A DNA stretch of 64,000 nucleotides from positions 2,480,001-2,544,000 of the forward strand of contig OZ059896.1 in NCBI GenBank assembly GCA_964057225.1, in the 5' to 3' direction. Made by a program: the position numbers and the translations under genes. The DNA comes from Auanema rhodensis. Its lineage: Eukaryota; Animalia; Nematoda. Positions 1 to 11,447 of the stretch are shown piece by piece (the first letter of the stretch is position 1; each line of letters starts with the position of its first letter). The notes below the pieces were generated by a model. The model did no database searches and was not told the origin of the DNA. It was given only the letters and a program-made list of their open reading frames with translations.

Positions 1-3000
1 ATAATTTAGCGAAAAGTAGATGTTTTTGGATTCCTTTTTTCGAGGCAAAAACAATGGACAATGTTATTTAACGAAAAAATTAATTCTTCAGGGTGAAAAT
101 CGAAAATATAAGTGTGAACTTATATCAGTTGATATCTCGGTGCATTTTTCAGCTAGCGCAAATCTGATAACACAGATCGACGCAGCTTAAAAATCCGCAT
201 CGAATGCACTATACTACATTAAGAAAAGCTTAATACAAAAATTAGTTATGATCGTTTGAAAAATGATGCATTAGTGTATGTTGAGTTTCCATGTACACTC
301 AACATTGCTTCCAAAAACATTTTGACAAAAATTTTTTCGAAAAATTTCAAAATAATTTAGCGAAAAGTAGATGTTTTTAGATTCCTTTTTTTGAGGCAAA
401 AACGATGGACAATGTTATTCAACGAAAAAATTAATTCTTCAGGGTGAAAATCGAGGATATAAGTGTGAACTTATATCAGTTGATATCTCGGTGCATTTTC
501 AAGCTAGCGCAAATCTGATAGTACAGATCGACGCAGCTTAATAATCCGCATCAAATGCACTATACTACATTGAGAAACGCTTAATACAAAAATTAGTTAT
601 GATCTTTTGAAAAATGATGCATTAGTGTATGTTGAGTTTCCATGTACACTCAAAATTGCTTCCAAAAACATTTTGACAAAAATTTTTTCGAAAAATTTCA
701 AAATAATTTAGCAGAAAGTAGATGTTTTTAGATTCCTTTTTTCGAGGCAAAAACGATGGACAATGTTATTCAACGAAAAAATTAATTCTTCAGGGTGAAA
801 ATCGAGGATATAAGTGTGAACTTATATCAGTTGATATCTCGGTGCATTTTCGAGCTAGCGCAAATCTGATAGTACAGATCGACGCAGCTTAAAAATCCGC
901 ATCGAATGCACTATACTACATTGAGAAAAGCTTAATACAAAAATAAGTTATGATCGTTTGAAAAATGATGCATTAGTGTATGTTGAGTTTCCATGTACAC
1001 TCCAAATTGCTTCCAAAAACATTTTGACAAAAATTTTTTCGAAAAATTTCAAAATAATTTAGCGAAAAGTAGATGTTTTTAGATTCCTTTTTTCGAGGCA
1101 AAAACGATGGACAATGTTATTCAACGAAAAAATTAATTCTTCAGGGTGAAAATCGAGGATATAAGTGTGAACTTATATCAGTTGATATCTCGGTGCATTT
1201 TTAAGCTAGCGGAAATTTGATAACACAGATCGACGCAGCTTAAAAATCCGCATCGAATGCACTATACTACATTGAGAAACGCTTAATACAAAAATTAGTT
1301 ATGATCGTTTGAAAAATGATGCATTAGTGTATGTTGAGTTTCCATGTACACTCAACATTGCTTCCAAAAACATTTTGACAAAAATTTTTTCGAAAAATTT
1401 CAGAATAATTTAGCGAAAAGTAGATGTTTTTAGATTCCTTTTTTCGAGGCAAAAACGATGGACAATGTTTTTCAACGAAAAAATTAATTCTTCAGGGTGA
1501 AAATCGAGGATATAAGTGTGAACTTATATCAGTTGATATCTCGGTGCATTTTCGAGCTAGCGCAAATCTGATAGTACAGATCGACGCAGCTTAAAAATCC
1601 GCATCGAATGCACTATACTACATTGAGAAACGCTTAATACAAAAATAAGTTATGATCGTTTGAAAAATGATGCATTAGTGTATGTTGAGTTTCCATGTAC
1701 ACTCAAAATTGCTTCCAAAAACATTTTGACAAAAATTTTTTCGAAAAATTTCAAAATAATTTAGCAAAAAGTAGATGTTTTTAGATTCCTTTTTTCAAGG
1801 CAAAAACGATGGACAATGTTATTCAACCAAAAAATTAATTCTTCAGGGTGAAAATCGAGGATATAGGTGTGAACTTATATCAGTTGATATCTCGGTGCAT
1901 TTTCAAGCCAGCGCAAATCTGATAGTACAGATCGACGCAGCTTAAAAATCCGCATCGAATGCACTATACTACATTGAGAAACGCTTAATACAAAAATTAG
2001 TTATGATCGTTTGAAAAATGATGCATTAGTGTATGTTGAGTTTCCGTGTACACTCCAAATTGCTTCCAAAAACATTTTGACAAAAATTTTTTCGAAAAAT
2101 TTCAAAATAATTTAGCGAAAAGTAGATGTTTTTAGATTCCTTTTTTCGAGGCAAAAACGATGGACAATGTTATTCAACGAAAAAATTAATTCTTCAGGGT
2201 GAAAATCGAGGATATAAGTGTGAACTTATATCAGTTGATATCTCGGTGCATTTTTAAGCTAGCGGAAATTTGATAACACAGATCGACGCAGCTTAAAAAT
2301 CCGCATCGAATGCACTATACTACATTGAGAAACGCTTAATACAAAAATTAGTTATGATCGTTTGAAAAATGATGCATTAGTGTATGTTGAGTTTCCATGT
2401 ACACTCAACATTGCTTCCAAAAACATTTTGACAAAAATTTTTTCGAAAAATTTCAAAATAATTTAGCGAAAAGTAGATGTTTTTAGATTCCTTTTTTTGA
2501 GGCAAAAACGATGGACAATGTTATTCAACGAAAAAATTAATTCTTCAGGGTGAAAATCGAGGATATAAGTGTGAACTTATATCAGTTGATATCTCGGTGC
2601 ATTTTCAAGCTAGCGCAAATCTGATAGTACAGATCGACGCAGCTTAAAAATCCGCATCGAATGCACTATACTACATTGAGAAACGCTTAATACAAAAATT
2701 AGTTATGATCGTTTGAAAAATGATGCATTAGTGTATGTTGAGTTTCCATGTACACTCAAAATTGCTTCCAAAAACATTTTGACAAAAATTTTTTGAAAAA
2801 ATTTCAAAATAATTTAGCGAAAAGTAGATGTTTTTAGATTCCTTTTTTCAAGGCAAAAACGAAGGACAATGTAATTCAACGAAAAAATTAATTCTTCAGG
2901 GTGAAAATCGAGGATATAAGTGTGAACTTATATCAGTTCATATCTCGGTGCATTTTCAAGCTAGCGCAAATCTGATAGTACAGATCGACGCAGCATAAAA

Positions 3001-6000
3001 ATCCGCATCGAATGCACTATACTACATTGAGAAACGCTTAATACAAAAATTAGTTATGATCGTTTGAAAAATGATGCATTAGTGTATGTTGAGTTTCCAT
3101 GTACACTCAAAATTGCTTCCAAAAACATTTTGACCAAAAGTTTTTCGAAAAATTTCAAAATAATTTAGCGAAAAGTAGATGTTTTCAGATTCCTTTTTTT
3201 GAGGCAAAAACGATGGACAATGTTATTCAACGAAAAAATTAATTCTTCAGGGTGAAAATCGAGGATATAAGTGTGAACTTATATCAGTTGATATCTCGGT
3301 GCATTTTCAAGCTAGCGGAAATCTGATAACACAGATCGACGCAGCTTAAAATTCCGCATCGATTGCATTATACTACAATGAGAAAAGCTTAATAAAAAAA
3401 TTAGTTATGATCGTTTGAAAAATGATGCATTAGTGTATGTTGAGTTTCCATGTACACTCAAAATTGCTTCCAAAAACATTTTGACAAAATTTTTTTCGAA
3501 AAATTTCAAAATAATTTAGCAAAAAGTAGATGTTTTCAGATTCCTTTTTTCAAAGCAAAAACGATGGACAATGTTATTCAACGAAAAAATTAATTCTTCA
3601 GGGTGAAAATCGAGGATATAAGTGTGAACTTATATCAGTTGATATCTCGGTGAATTTTTAAGCTAGCGCAAATCTGATAACACAGATCTACACAGCTTAA
3701 AAATGCGCATCGGATGCACTATACTAAATTGAGAAACGCTTAATACAAAAAATAGTTATGATCGTTTGAAAAATGATGCATTAGTGTATGTTGAGTTTCC
3801 ATGTACACTCAACATTGCTTCCAAAAACATTTTGACAAAAATTTTTTCGAAAATTTCAAAATAATTTAGCGAAAAGTAGATGTTTTTAGATTCCTTTTTT
3901 CGAGGCAAAAACAATGGACAATGTTATTTAACGAAAAAATTAATTCTTCAGGGTGAAAATCGAAAATATAAGTGTGAACTTATATCAGTTGATATCTCGG
4001 TGCATTTTTCAGCTAGCGCAAATCTGATAACACAGATCGACGCAGCTTAAAAATCCGCATCGAATGCACTATACTACATTAAGAAAAGCTTAATACAAAA
4101 ATTAGTTATGATCGTTTGAAAAATGATGCATTAGTGTATGTTGAGTTTCCATGTACACTCAACATTGCTTCCAAAAACATTTTGACAAAAATTTTTTCGA
4201 AAAATTTCAAAATAATTTAGCGAAAAGTAGATGTTTTTAGATTCCTTTTTTTGAGGCAAAAACGATGGACAATGTTATTCAACGAAAAAATTAATTCTTC
4301 AGGGTGAAAATCGAGGATATAAGTGTGAACTTATATCAGTTGATATCTCGGTGCATTTTCAAGCTAGCGCAAATCTGATAGTACAGATCGACGCAGCTTA
4401 ATAATCCGCATCAAATGCACTATACTACATTGAGAAACGCTTAATACAAAAATTAGTTATGATCTTTTGAAAAATGATGCATTAGTGTATGTTGAGTTTC
4501 CATGTACACTCAAAATTGCTTCCAAAAACATTTTGACAAAAATTTTTTCGAAAAATTTCAAAATAATTTAGCAAAAAGTAGATGTTTTTAGATTCCTTTT
4601 TTCGAGGCAAAAACGATGGACAATGTTATTCAACGAAAAAATTAATTCTTCAGGGTGAAAATCGAGGATATAAGTGTGAACTTATATCAGTTGATATCTC
4701 GGTGCATTTTCGAGCTAGCGCAAATCTGATAGTACAGATCGACGCAGCTTAAAAATCCGCATCGAATGCACTATACTACATTGAGAAAAGCTTAATACAA
4801 AAATAAGTTATGATCGTTTGAAAAATGATGCATTAGTGTATGTTGAGTTTCCATGTACACTCCAAATTGCTTCCAAAAACATTTTGACAAAAATTTTTTC
4901 GAAAAATTTCAAAATAATTTAGCGAAAAGTAGATGTTTTTAGATTCCTTTTTTCGAGGCAAAAACGATGGACAATGTTATTCAACGAAAAAATTAATTCT
5001 TCAGGGTGAAAATCGAGGATATAAGTGTGAACTTATATCAGTTGATATCTCGGTGCATTTTTAAGCTAGCGGAAATTTGATAACACAGATCGACGCAGCT
5101 TAAAAATCCGCATCGAATGCACTATACTACATTGAGAAACGCTTAATACAAAAATTAGTTATGATCGTTTGAAAAATGATGCATTAGTGTATGTTGAGTT
5201 TCCATGTACACTCAACATTGCTTCCAAAAACATTTTGACAAAAATTTTTTCGAAAAATTTCAAAATAATTTAGCGAAAAGTAGATGTTTTTAGATTCCTT
5301 TTTTCGAGGCAAAAACGATGGACAATGTTATTCAACGAAAAAATTAATTCTTCAGGGTGAAAATCGAGGATATAAGTGTGAACTTATATCAGTTGATATC
5401 TCGGTGCATTTTCGAGCTAGCGCAAATCTGATAGTACAGATCGACGCAGCTTAAAAATCCGCATCGAATGCACTATACTACATTGAGAAACGCTTAATAC
5501 AAAAATTAGTTATGATCGTTTGAAAAATGATGCATTAGTGTATGTTGAGTTTCCATGTACACTCAAAATTGCTTCCAAAAACATTTTGACAAAAATTTTT
5601 TCGAAAAATTTCAAAATAATTTAGCAAAAAGTAGATGTTTTTAGATTCCTTTTTTCAAGGCAAAAACGATGGACAATGTTATTCAACCAAAAAATTAATT
5701 CTTCAGGGTGAAAATCGAGGATATAGGTGTGAACTTATATCAGTTGATATCTCGGTGCATTTTCAAGCCAGCGCAAATCTGATAGTACAGATCGACGCAG
5801 CTTAAAAATCCGCATCGAATGCACTATACTACATTGAGAAACGCTTAATACAAAAATTAGTTATGATCGTTTGAAAAATGATGCATTAGTGTATGTTGAG
5901 TTTCCGTGTACACTCCAAATTGCTTCCAAAAACATTTTGACAAAAATTTTTTCGAAAAATTTCAAAATAATTTAGCGAAAAGTAGATGTTTTTAGATTCC

Positions 6001-7165
6001 TTTTTTCGAGGCAAAAACGATGGACAATGTTATTCAACGAAAAAATTAATTCTTCAGGGTGAAAATCGAGAATATAAGTGTGAACTTATATCAGTTGATA
6101 TCTCGGTGCATTTTTAAGCTAGCGGAAATTTGATAACACAGATCGACGCAGCTTAAAAATCCGCATCGAATGCACTATACTACATTGAGAAACGCTTAAT
6201 ACAAAAATTAGTTATGATCGTTTGAAAAATGATGCATTAGTGTATGTTGAGTTTCCATGTACACTCAACATTGCTTCCAAAAACATTTTGACAAAAATTT
6301 TTTCGAAAAATTTCAAAATAATTTAGCGAAAAGTAGATGTTTTTAGATTCCTTTTTTTGAGGCAAAAACGATGGACAATGTTATTCAACGAAAAAATTAA
6401 TTCTTCAGGGTGAAAATCGAGGATATAAGTGTGAACTTATATCAGTTGATATCTCGGTGCATTTTCAAGCTAGCGCAAATCTGATAGTACAGATCGACGC
6501 AGCTTAAAAATCCGCATCGAATGCACTATACTACATTGAAAAACGCTTAATACAAAAATTAGTTATGATCGTTTGAAAAATGATGCATTAGTGTATGTTG
6601 AGTTTCCATGTACACTCAAAATTGCTTCCAAAAACATTTTGACAAAAATTTTTTCAAAAAATTTCAAAATAATTTAGCGAAAAGTAGATGTTTTTAGATT
6701 CCTTTTTTCAAGGCAAAAACGAAGGACAATGTAATTCAACGAAAAAATTAATTCTTCAGGGTGAAAATCGAGGATATAAGTGTGAACTTATATCAGTTCA
6801 TATCTCGGTGCATTTTCAAGCTAGCGCAAATCTGATAGTACAGATCGACGCAGCATAAAAATCCGCATCGAATGCACTATACTACATTGAGAAACGCTTA
6901 ATACAAAAATTAGTTATGATCGTTTGAAAAATGATGCATTAGTGTATGTTGAGTTTCCATGTACACTCAAAATTGCTTCCAAAAACATTTTGACCAAAAG
7001 TTTTTCGAAAAATTTCAAAATAATTTAGCGAAAAGTAGATGTTTTCAGATTCCTTTTTTTGAGGCAAAAACGATGGACAATGTTATTCAACGAAAAAATT
7101 AATTCTTCAGGGTGAAAATCGAGGATATAAGTGTGAACTTATATCAGTTGATATCTCGGTGCATT
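1..7165. repeat. 11-mer HOR (3860 bp) of the 351-bp satellite, about 1.85 copies
   Basis: Private variants recur at +3860: CGAAAATATA (101/3961), ATAATCCGCATCAAATG (541/4401), ATATAGGTGT (1861/5721), GAAGGACAATGTAATT (2861/6721). Confidence 0.93.
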
Positions 7166-10100
7166 TTTAAGCTAGCGGAAATTTGATAACACAGATCGAC
7201 GCAGCTTAAAAATCCGCATCGAATGCACTATACTACATTGAGAAACGCTTAATACAAAAATTAGTTATGATCGTTTGAAAAATGATGCATTAGTGTATGT
7301 TGAGTTTCCATGTACACTCAACATTGCTTCCAAAAACATTTTGACAAAAATTTTTTCGAAAAATTTCAAAATAATTTAGCGAAAAGTAGATGTTTTTAGA
7401 TTCCTTTTTTCGAGGCAAAAACGATGGACAATGTTATTCAACGAAAAAATTAATTCTTCAGGGTGAAAATCGAGGATATAAGTGTGAACTTATATCAGTT
7501 GATATCTCGGTGCATTTTCGAGCTAGCGCAAATCTGATAGTACAGATCGACGCAGCTTAAAAATCCGCATCGAATGCACTATACTACATTGAGAAACGCT
7601 TAATACAAAAATTAGTTATGATCGTTTGAAAAATGATGCATTAGTGTATGTTGAGTTTCCATGTACACTCAAAATTGCTTCCAAAAACATTTTGACAAAA
7701 ATTTTTTCGAAAAATTTCAAAATAATTTAGCGAAAAGTAGATGTTTTTAGATTCCTTTTTTCGAGGCAAAAACGATGGACAATGTTATTCAACGAAAAAA
7801 TTAATTCTTCAGGGTGAAAATCGAGGATATAAGTGTGAACTTATATCAGTTGATATCTCGGTGCATTTTTAAGCTAGCGGAAATTTGATAACACAGATCG
7901 ACGCAGCTTAAAAATCCGCATCGAATGCACTATACTACATTGAGAAACGCTTAATACAAAAATTAGTTATGATCGTTTGAAAAATGATGCATTAGTGTAT
8001 GTTGAGTTTCCATGTACACTCAACATTGCTTCCAAAAACATTTTGACAAAAATTTTTTCGAAAAATTTCAAAATAATTTAGCGAAAAGTAGATGTTTTTA
8101 GATTCCTTTTTTTGAGGCAAAAACGATGGACAATGTTATTCAACGAAAAAATTAATTCTTCAGGGTGAAAATCGAGGATATAAGTGTGAACTTATATCAG
8201 TTGATATCTCGGTGCATTTTCAAGCTAGCGCAAATCTGATAGTACAGATCGACGCAGCTTAAAAATCCGCATCGAATGCACTATACTACATTGAGAAACG
8301 CTTAATACAAAAATTAGTTATGATCGTTTGAAAAATGATGCATTAGTGTATGTTGAGTTTCCATGTACACTCAAAATTGCTTCCAAAAACATTTTGACAA
8401 AAATTTTTTCAAAAAATTTCAAAATAATTTAGCGAAAAGTAGATGTTTTTAGATTCCTTTTTTCAAGGCAAAAACGAAGGACAATGTAATTCAACGAAAA
8501 AATTAATTCTTCAGGGTGAAAATCGAGGATATAAGTGTGAACTTATATCAGTTCATATCTCGGTGCATTTTCAAGCTAGCGCAAATCTGATAGTACAGAT
8601 CGACGCAGCATAAAAATCCGCATCGAATGCACTATACTACATTGAGAAACGCTTAATACAAAAATTAGTTATGATCGTTTGAAAAATGATGCATTAGTGT
8701 ATGTTGAGTTTCCATGTACACTCAAAATTGCTTCCAAAAACATTTTGACCAAAAGTTTTTCGAAAAATTTCAAAATAATTTAGCGAAAAGTAGATGTTTT
8801 CAGATTCCTTTTTTTGAGGCAAAAACGATGGACAATGTTATTCAACGAAAAAATTAATTCTTCAGGGTGAAAATCGAGGATATAAGTGTGAACTTATATC
8901 AGTTGATATCTCGGTGCATTTTCAAGCTAGCGGAAATCTGATAACACAGATCGACGCAGCTTAAAATTCCGCATCGATTGCATTATACTACAATGAGAAA
9001 AGCTTAATAAAAAAATTAGTTATGATCGTTTGAAAAATGATGCATTAGTGTATGTTGAGTTTCCATGTACACTCAAAATTGCTTCCAAAAACATTTTGAC
9101 AAAATTTTTTTCGAAAAATTTCAAAATAATTTAGCAAAAAGTAGATGTTTTCAGATTCTTTTTTTCAAAGCAAAAACGATGGACAATGTTATTCAACGAA
9201 AAAATTAATTCTTCAGGGTGAAAATCGAGGATATAAGTGTGAACTTATATCAGTTGATATCTCGGTGAATTTTTAAGCTAGCGCAAATCTGATAACACAG
9301 ATCTACACAGCTTAAAAATGCGCATCGGATGCACTATACTACATTGAGAAAAGCTTAATACAAAAATAAGTTATGATCGTTTGAAAAATGATGCATTAGT
9401 GTATGTTGAGTTTCCATGTACACTCAAAATTGCTTCCAAAAACATTTTGACAAAAATTTTTTCGAAAAATTTCAAAATAATTTAGCAAAAAGTAGATGTT
9501 TTTAGATTCCTTTTTTCAAGGCAAAAACGATGGACAATGTTATTCAACGAAAAAATTAATTCTTCAGGGTGAAAATCGAGGATATAAGTGTGAACTTGTA
9601 TCAGTTGATATCTCGGTGAATTTTTAAGCTAGCGCAAATCTGATAACACAGATCTACACAGCTTAAAAATGCGCATCGGATGCACTATACTACATTGAGA
9701 AAAGCTTAATACAAAAATAAGTTATGATCGTTTGAAAAATGATGCATTAGTGTATGTTGAGTTTCCATGTACACTCAAAATTGCTTCCAAAAACAATTTG
9801 ACAAAAATTGTTTCGAAAAATTTCAAAATAATTTAGCAAAAAGTAGATGTTTTTAGATTCTTTTTTTCAAGGCAAAAACGATGGACAATGTAATTCAACG
9901 AAAAAATTAATTCTTCAGGGTGAAAATCGAGGATATAAGTGTGAACTTATATCAGTTGATATCTCGGTGCATTTTCAAGCTAGCGCAAATCTGATAACAC
10001 AGATCTACACAGCTTGAAAATGCGCATTGAATGCACTATACTACATTGAGAAAAGCTTAATACAAAAATTAGTTATGATCGTTTGAAAAATGATGCATTA

Positions 10101-11263
10101 GTGTATGTTGAGTTTCCATGTACACTCAAAATTGCTTCCAAAAACATTTTGACAAAAAATTTTCGTAAAATTTCAAAATAATTTAGCAAAAAGTAGATGT
10201 TTTTAGATTCCTTTTTTCAAGGCAAAAACGATGAACAATGTAATTCAACGAAAAAATTAATTCTTCAGGGTGAAAATCGAGGATATAAGTGTGAACTTAT
10301 ATCAGTTGATATCTCGGTGCATTTTCAAGCTAGCGCAAATCTGATAACACAGATCTACACAGCTTAAAAATGCGCATTGAATGCACTATACTACATTGTG
10401 AAAAGCTTAATACAAAAATTAGTTATGATCGTTTGAAAAATGATGCATTAGTGTATGTTGAGTTTCCATGTACACTCAAAATTGCTTCCAAAAACATTTT
10501 GACAAAAATTTTTTCGAAAAATTTCAAAATAATTTAGCAAAAAGTAAATGTTTTTAAATTTCTTTTTTCAAGGCAAAAACGATGGACAATGTTATTCAAC
10601 AAAAAAATTAATTCTTCAGGGTGAAAATCGAGGATATAAGTGTGAACTTATATCAGTTGATATCTCGGTGCATTTTCAAGCTAGCGCAAATCTGATAACA
10701 CAGATCGACGCAGCTTAAAAATCCGCATCGAATGCACTATACTACATTGAGAAACGCTTAATACAAAAATTAGTTATGATCGTTTGAAAAATGATGCATT
10801 AGTGTATGTTGAGTTTCCATGTACACTCAAAATTGCTTCCAAAAACATTTTGACAAAAATTTTTTCGAAAAATTTCAAAATAATTTAGCAAAAAGTAGAT
10901 GTTTTTAGATTCCTTTTTTCAAAGCAAAAACGATGGACAATGTTATTCAACGAAAAAATTAATTCTTCAGGGTGAAAATCGAGGATATAAGTGTGAACTT
11001 ATATCAGTTGATATCTCGGTGCATTTTCAAGCTAGCGCAAATCTGATAACACAGATCGACGCAGCTTAAAATTCCGCATCGATTGCATTATACTACATTG
11101 AGAAAAGCTTAATAAAAAAATTAGTTATGACCGTTTGAAAAATGATGCATTAGTGTATGTTGAGTTTCCATGTACACTCAAAATTGCTTCCAAAAACATT
11201 TTGACAAAATTTTTTTCGAAAAATTCCAAAATAATTTAGCAAAAAGTAGATGTTTTTAGATTC
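1..11263. repeat. 351-bp tandem satellite array (32 full monomers + 33-bp partial; open at the left window edge)
   Basis: The monomer start ATAATTTAGC recurs at 1, 352, 703, 1054, 1405 ... 3861, 7371, 10178, 11231. The period is 351 bp, with two 1-bp deletions (near 3850 and 10160). All copies have the same orientation and differ only by scattered substitutions. Confidence 0.99.
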
Positions 11264-11275
11264 TTCACGTAAATT
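11255..11275. other. Direct junction between the 351-bp and 176-bp satellites
   Basis: ...TGTTTTTAGATTC|TTCACGTAAATTTC...: 351-mer sequence ends at 11263 and 176-mer consensus begins at 11264, with no inserted bases. Confidence 0.95.
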
Positions 11276-11374
11276 TCAAAGTCATGGTTACCATGCACCA
11301 ATATCAATAAAATTTTGTTTTTAGACTAATATGGACATGGGGAATCTAATTTTGAAAACCGCATCTCTTTATCT

Positions 11375-11447
11375 TTCACGTGAAGCGAGTTACATACCAA
11401 GTGCACATCACGTGTACATTTAATTAGCATAAATTAAAGTTCACGTA
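11375..11447. promoter_or_regulatory. Triplet of TCACGT cores (two perfect CACGTG E-boxes + CACGTA) in each 176-bp period; first instance shown; protein binding unproven
   Basis: TTCACGTGAA (10-bp palindrome) at 11375-11384, ATCACGTG at 11407-11414, CACGTA at 11442-11447. The motifs are directly seen; function is inference. Confidence 0.35.

Noticed and set aside
737-810. Hammerhead ribozyme/retrozyme in the 351-mer (the minus strand has CUGAAGA followed by CGAAA)
   Set aside because: The intervening sequence cannot form stem II (A-C closing pair, no complementarity), I found no stems I/III with an NUH site, and the CGAAA is lost in many monomers. An Infernal search with hammerhead models would settle it.
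11306-11325. AATAAA followed by a T/GT-rich tract as a polyadenylation signal in each 176-mer
   Set aside because: It is expected by chance in AT-rich DNA, the T-rich tract is too close to the hexamer, and there is no associated gene.
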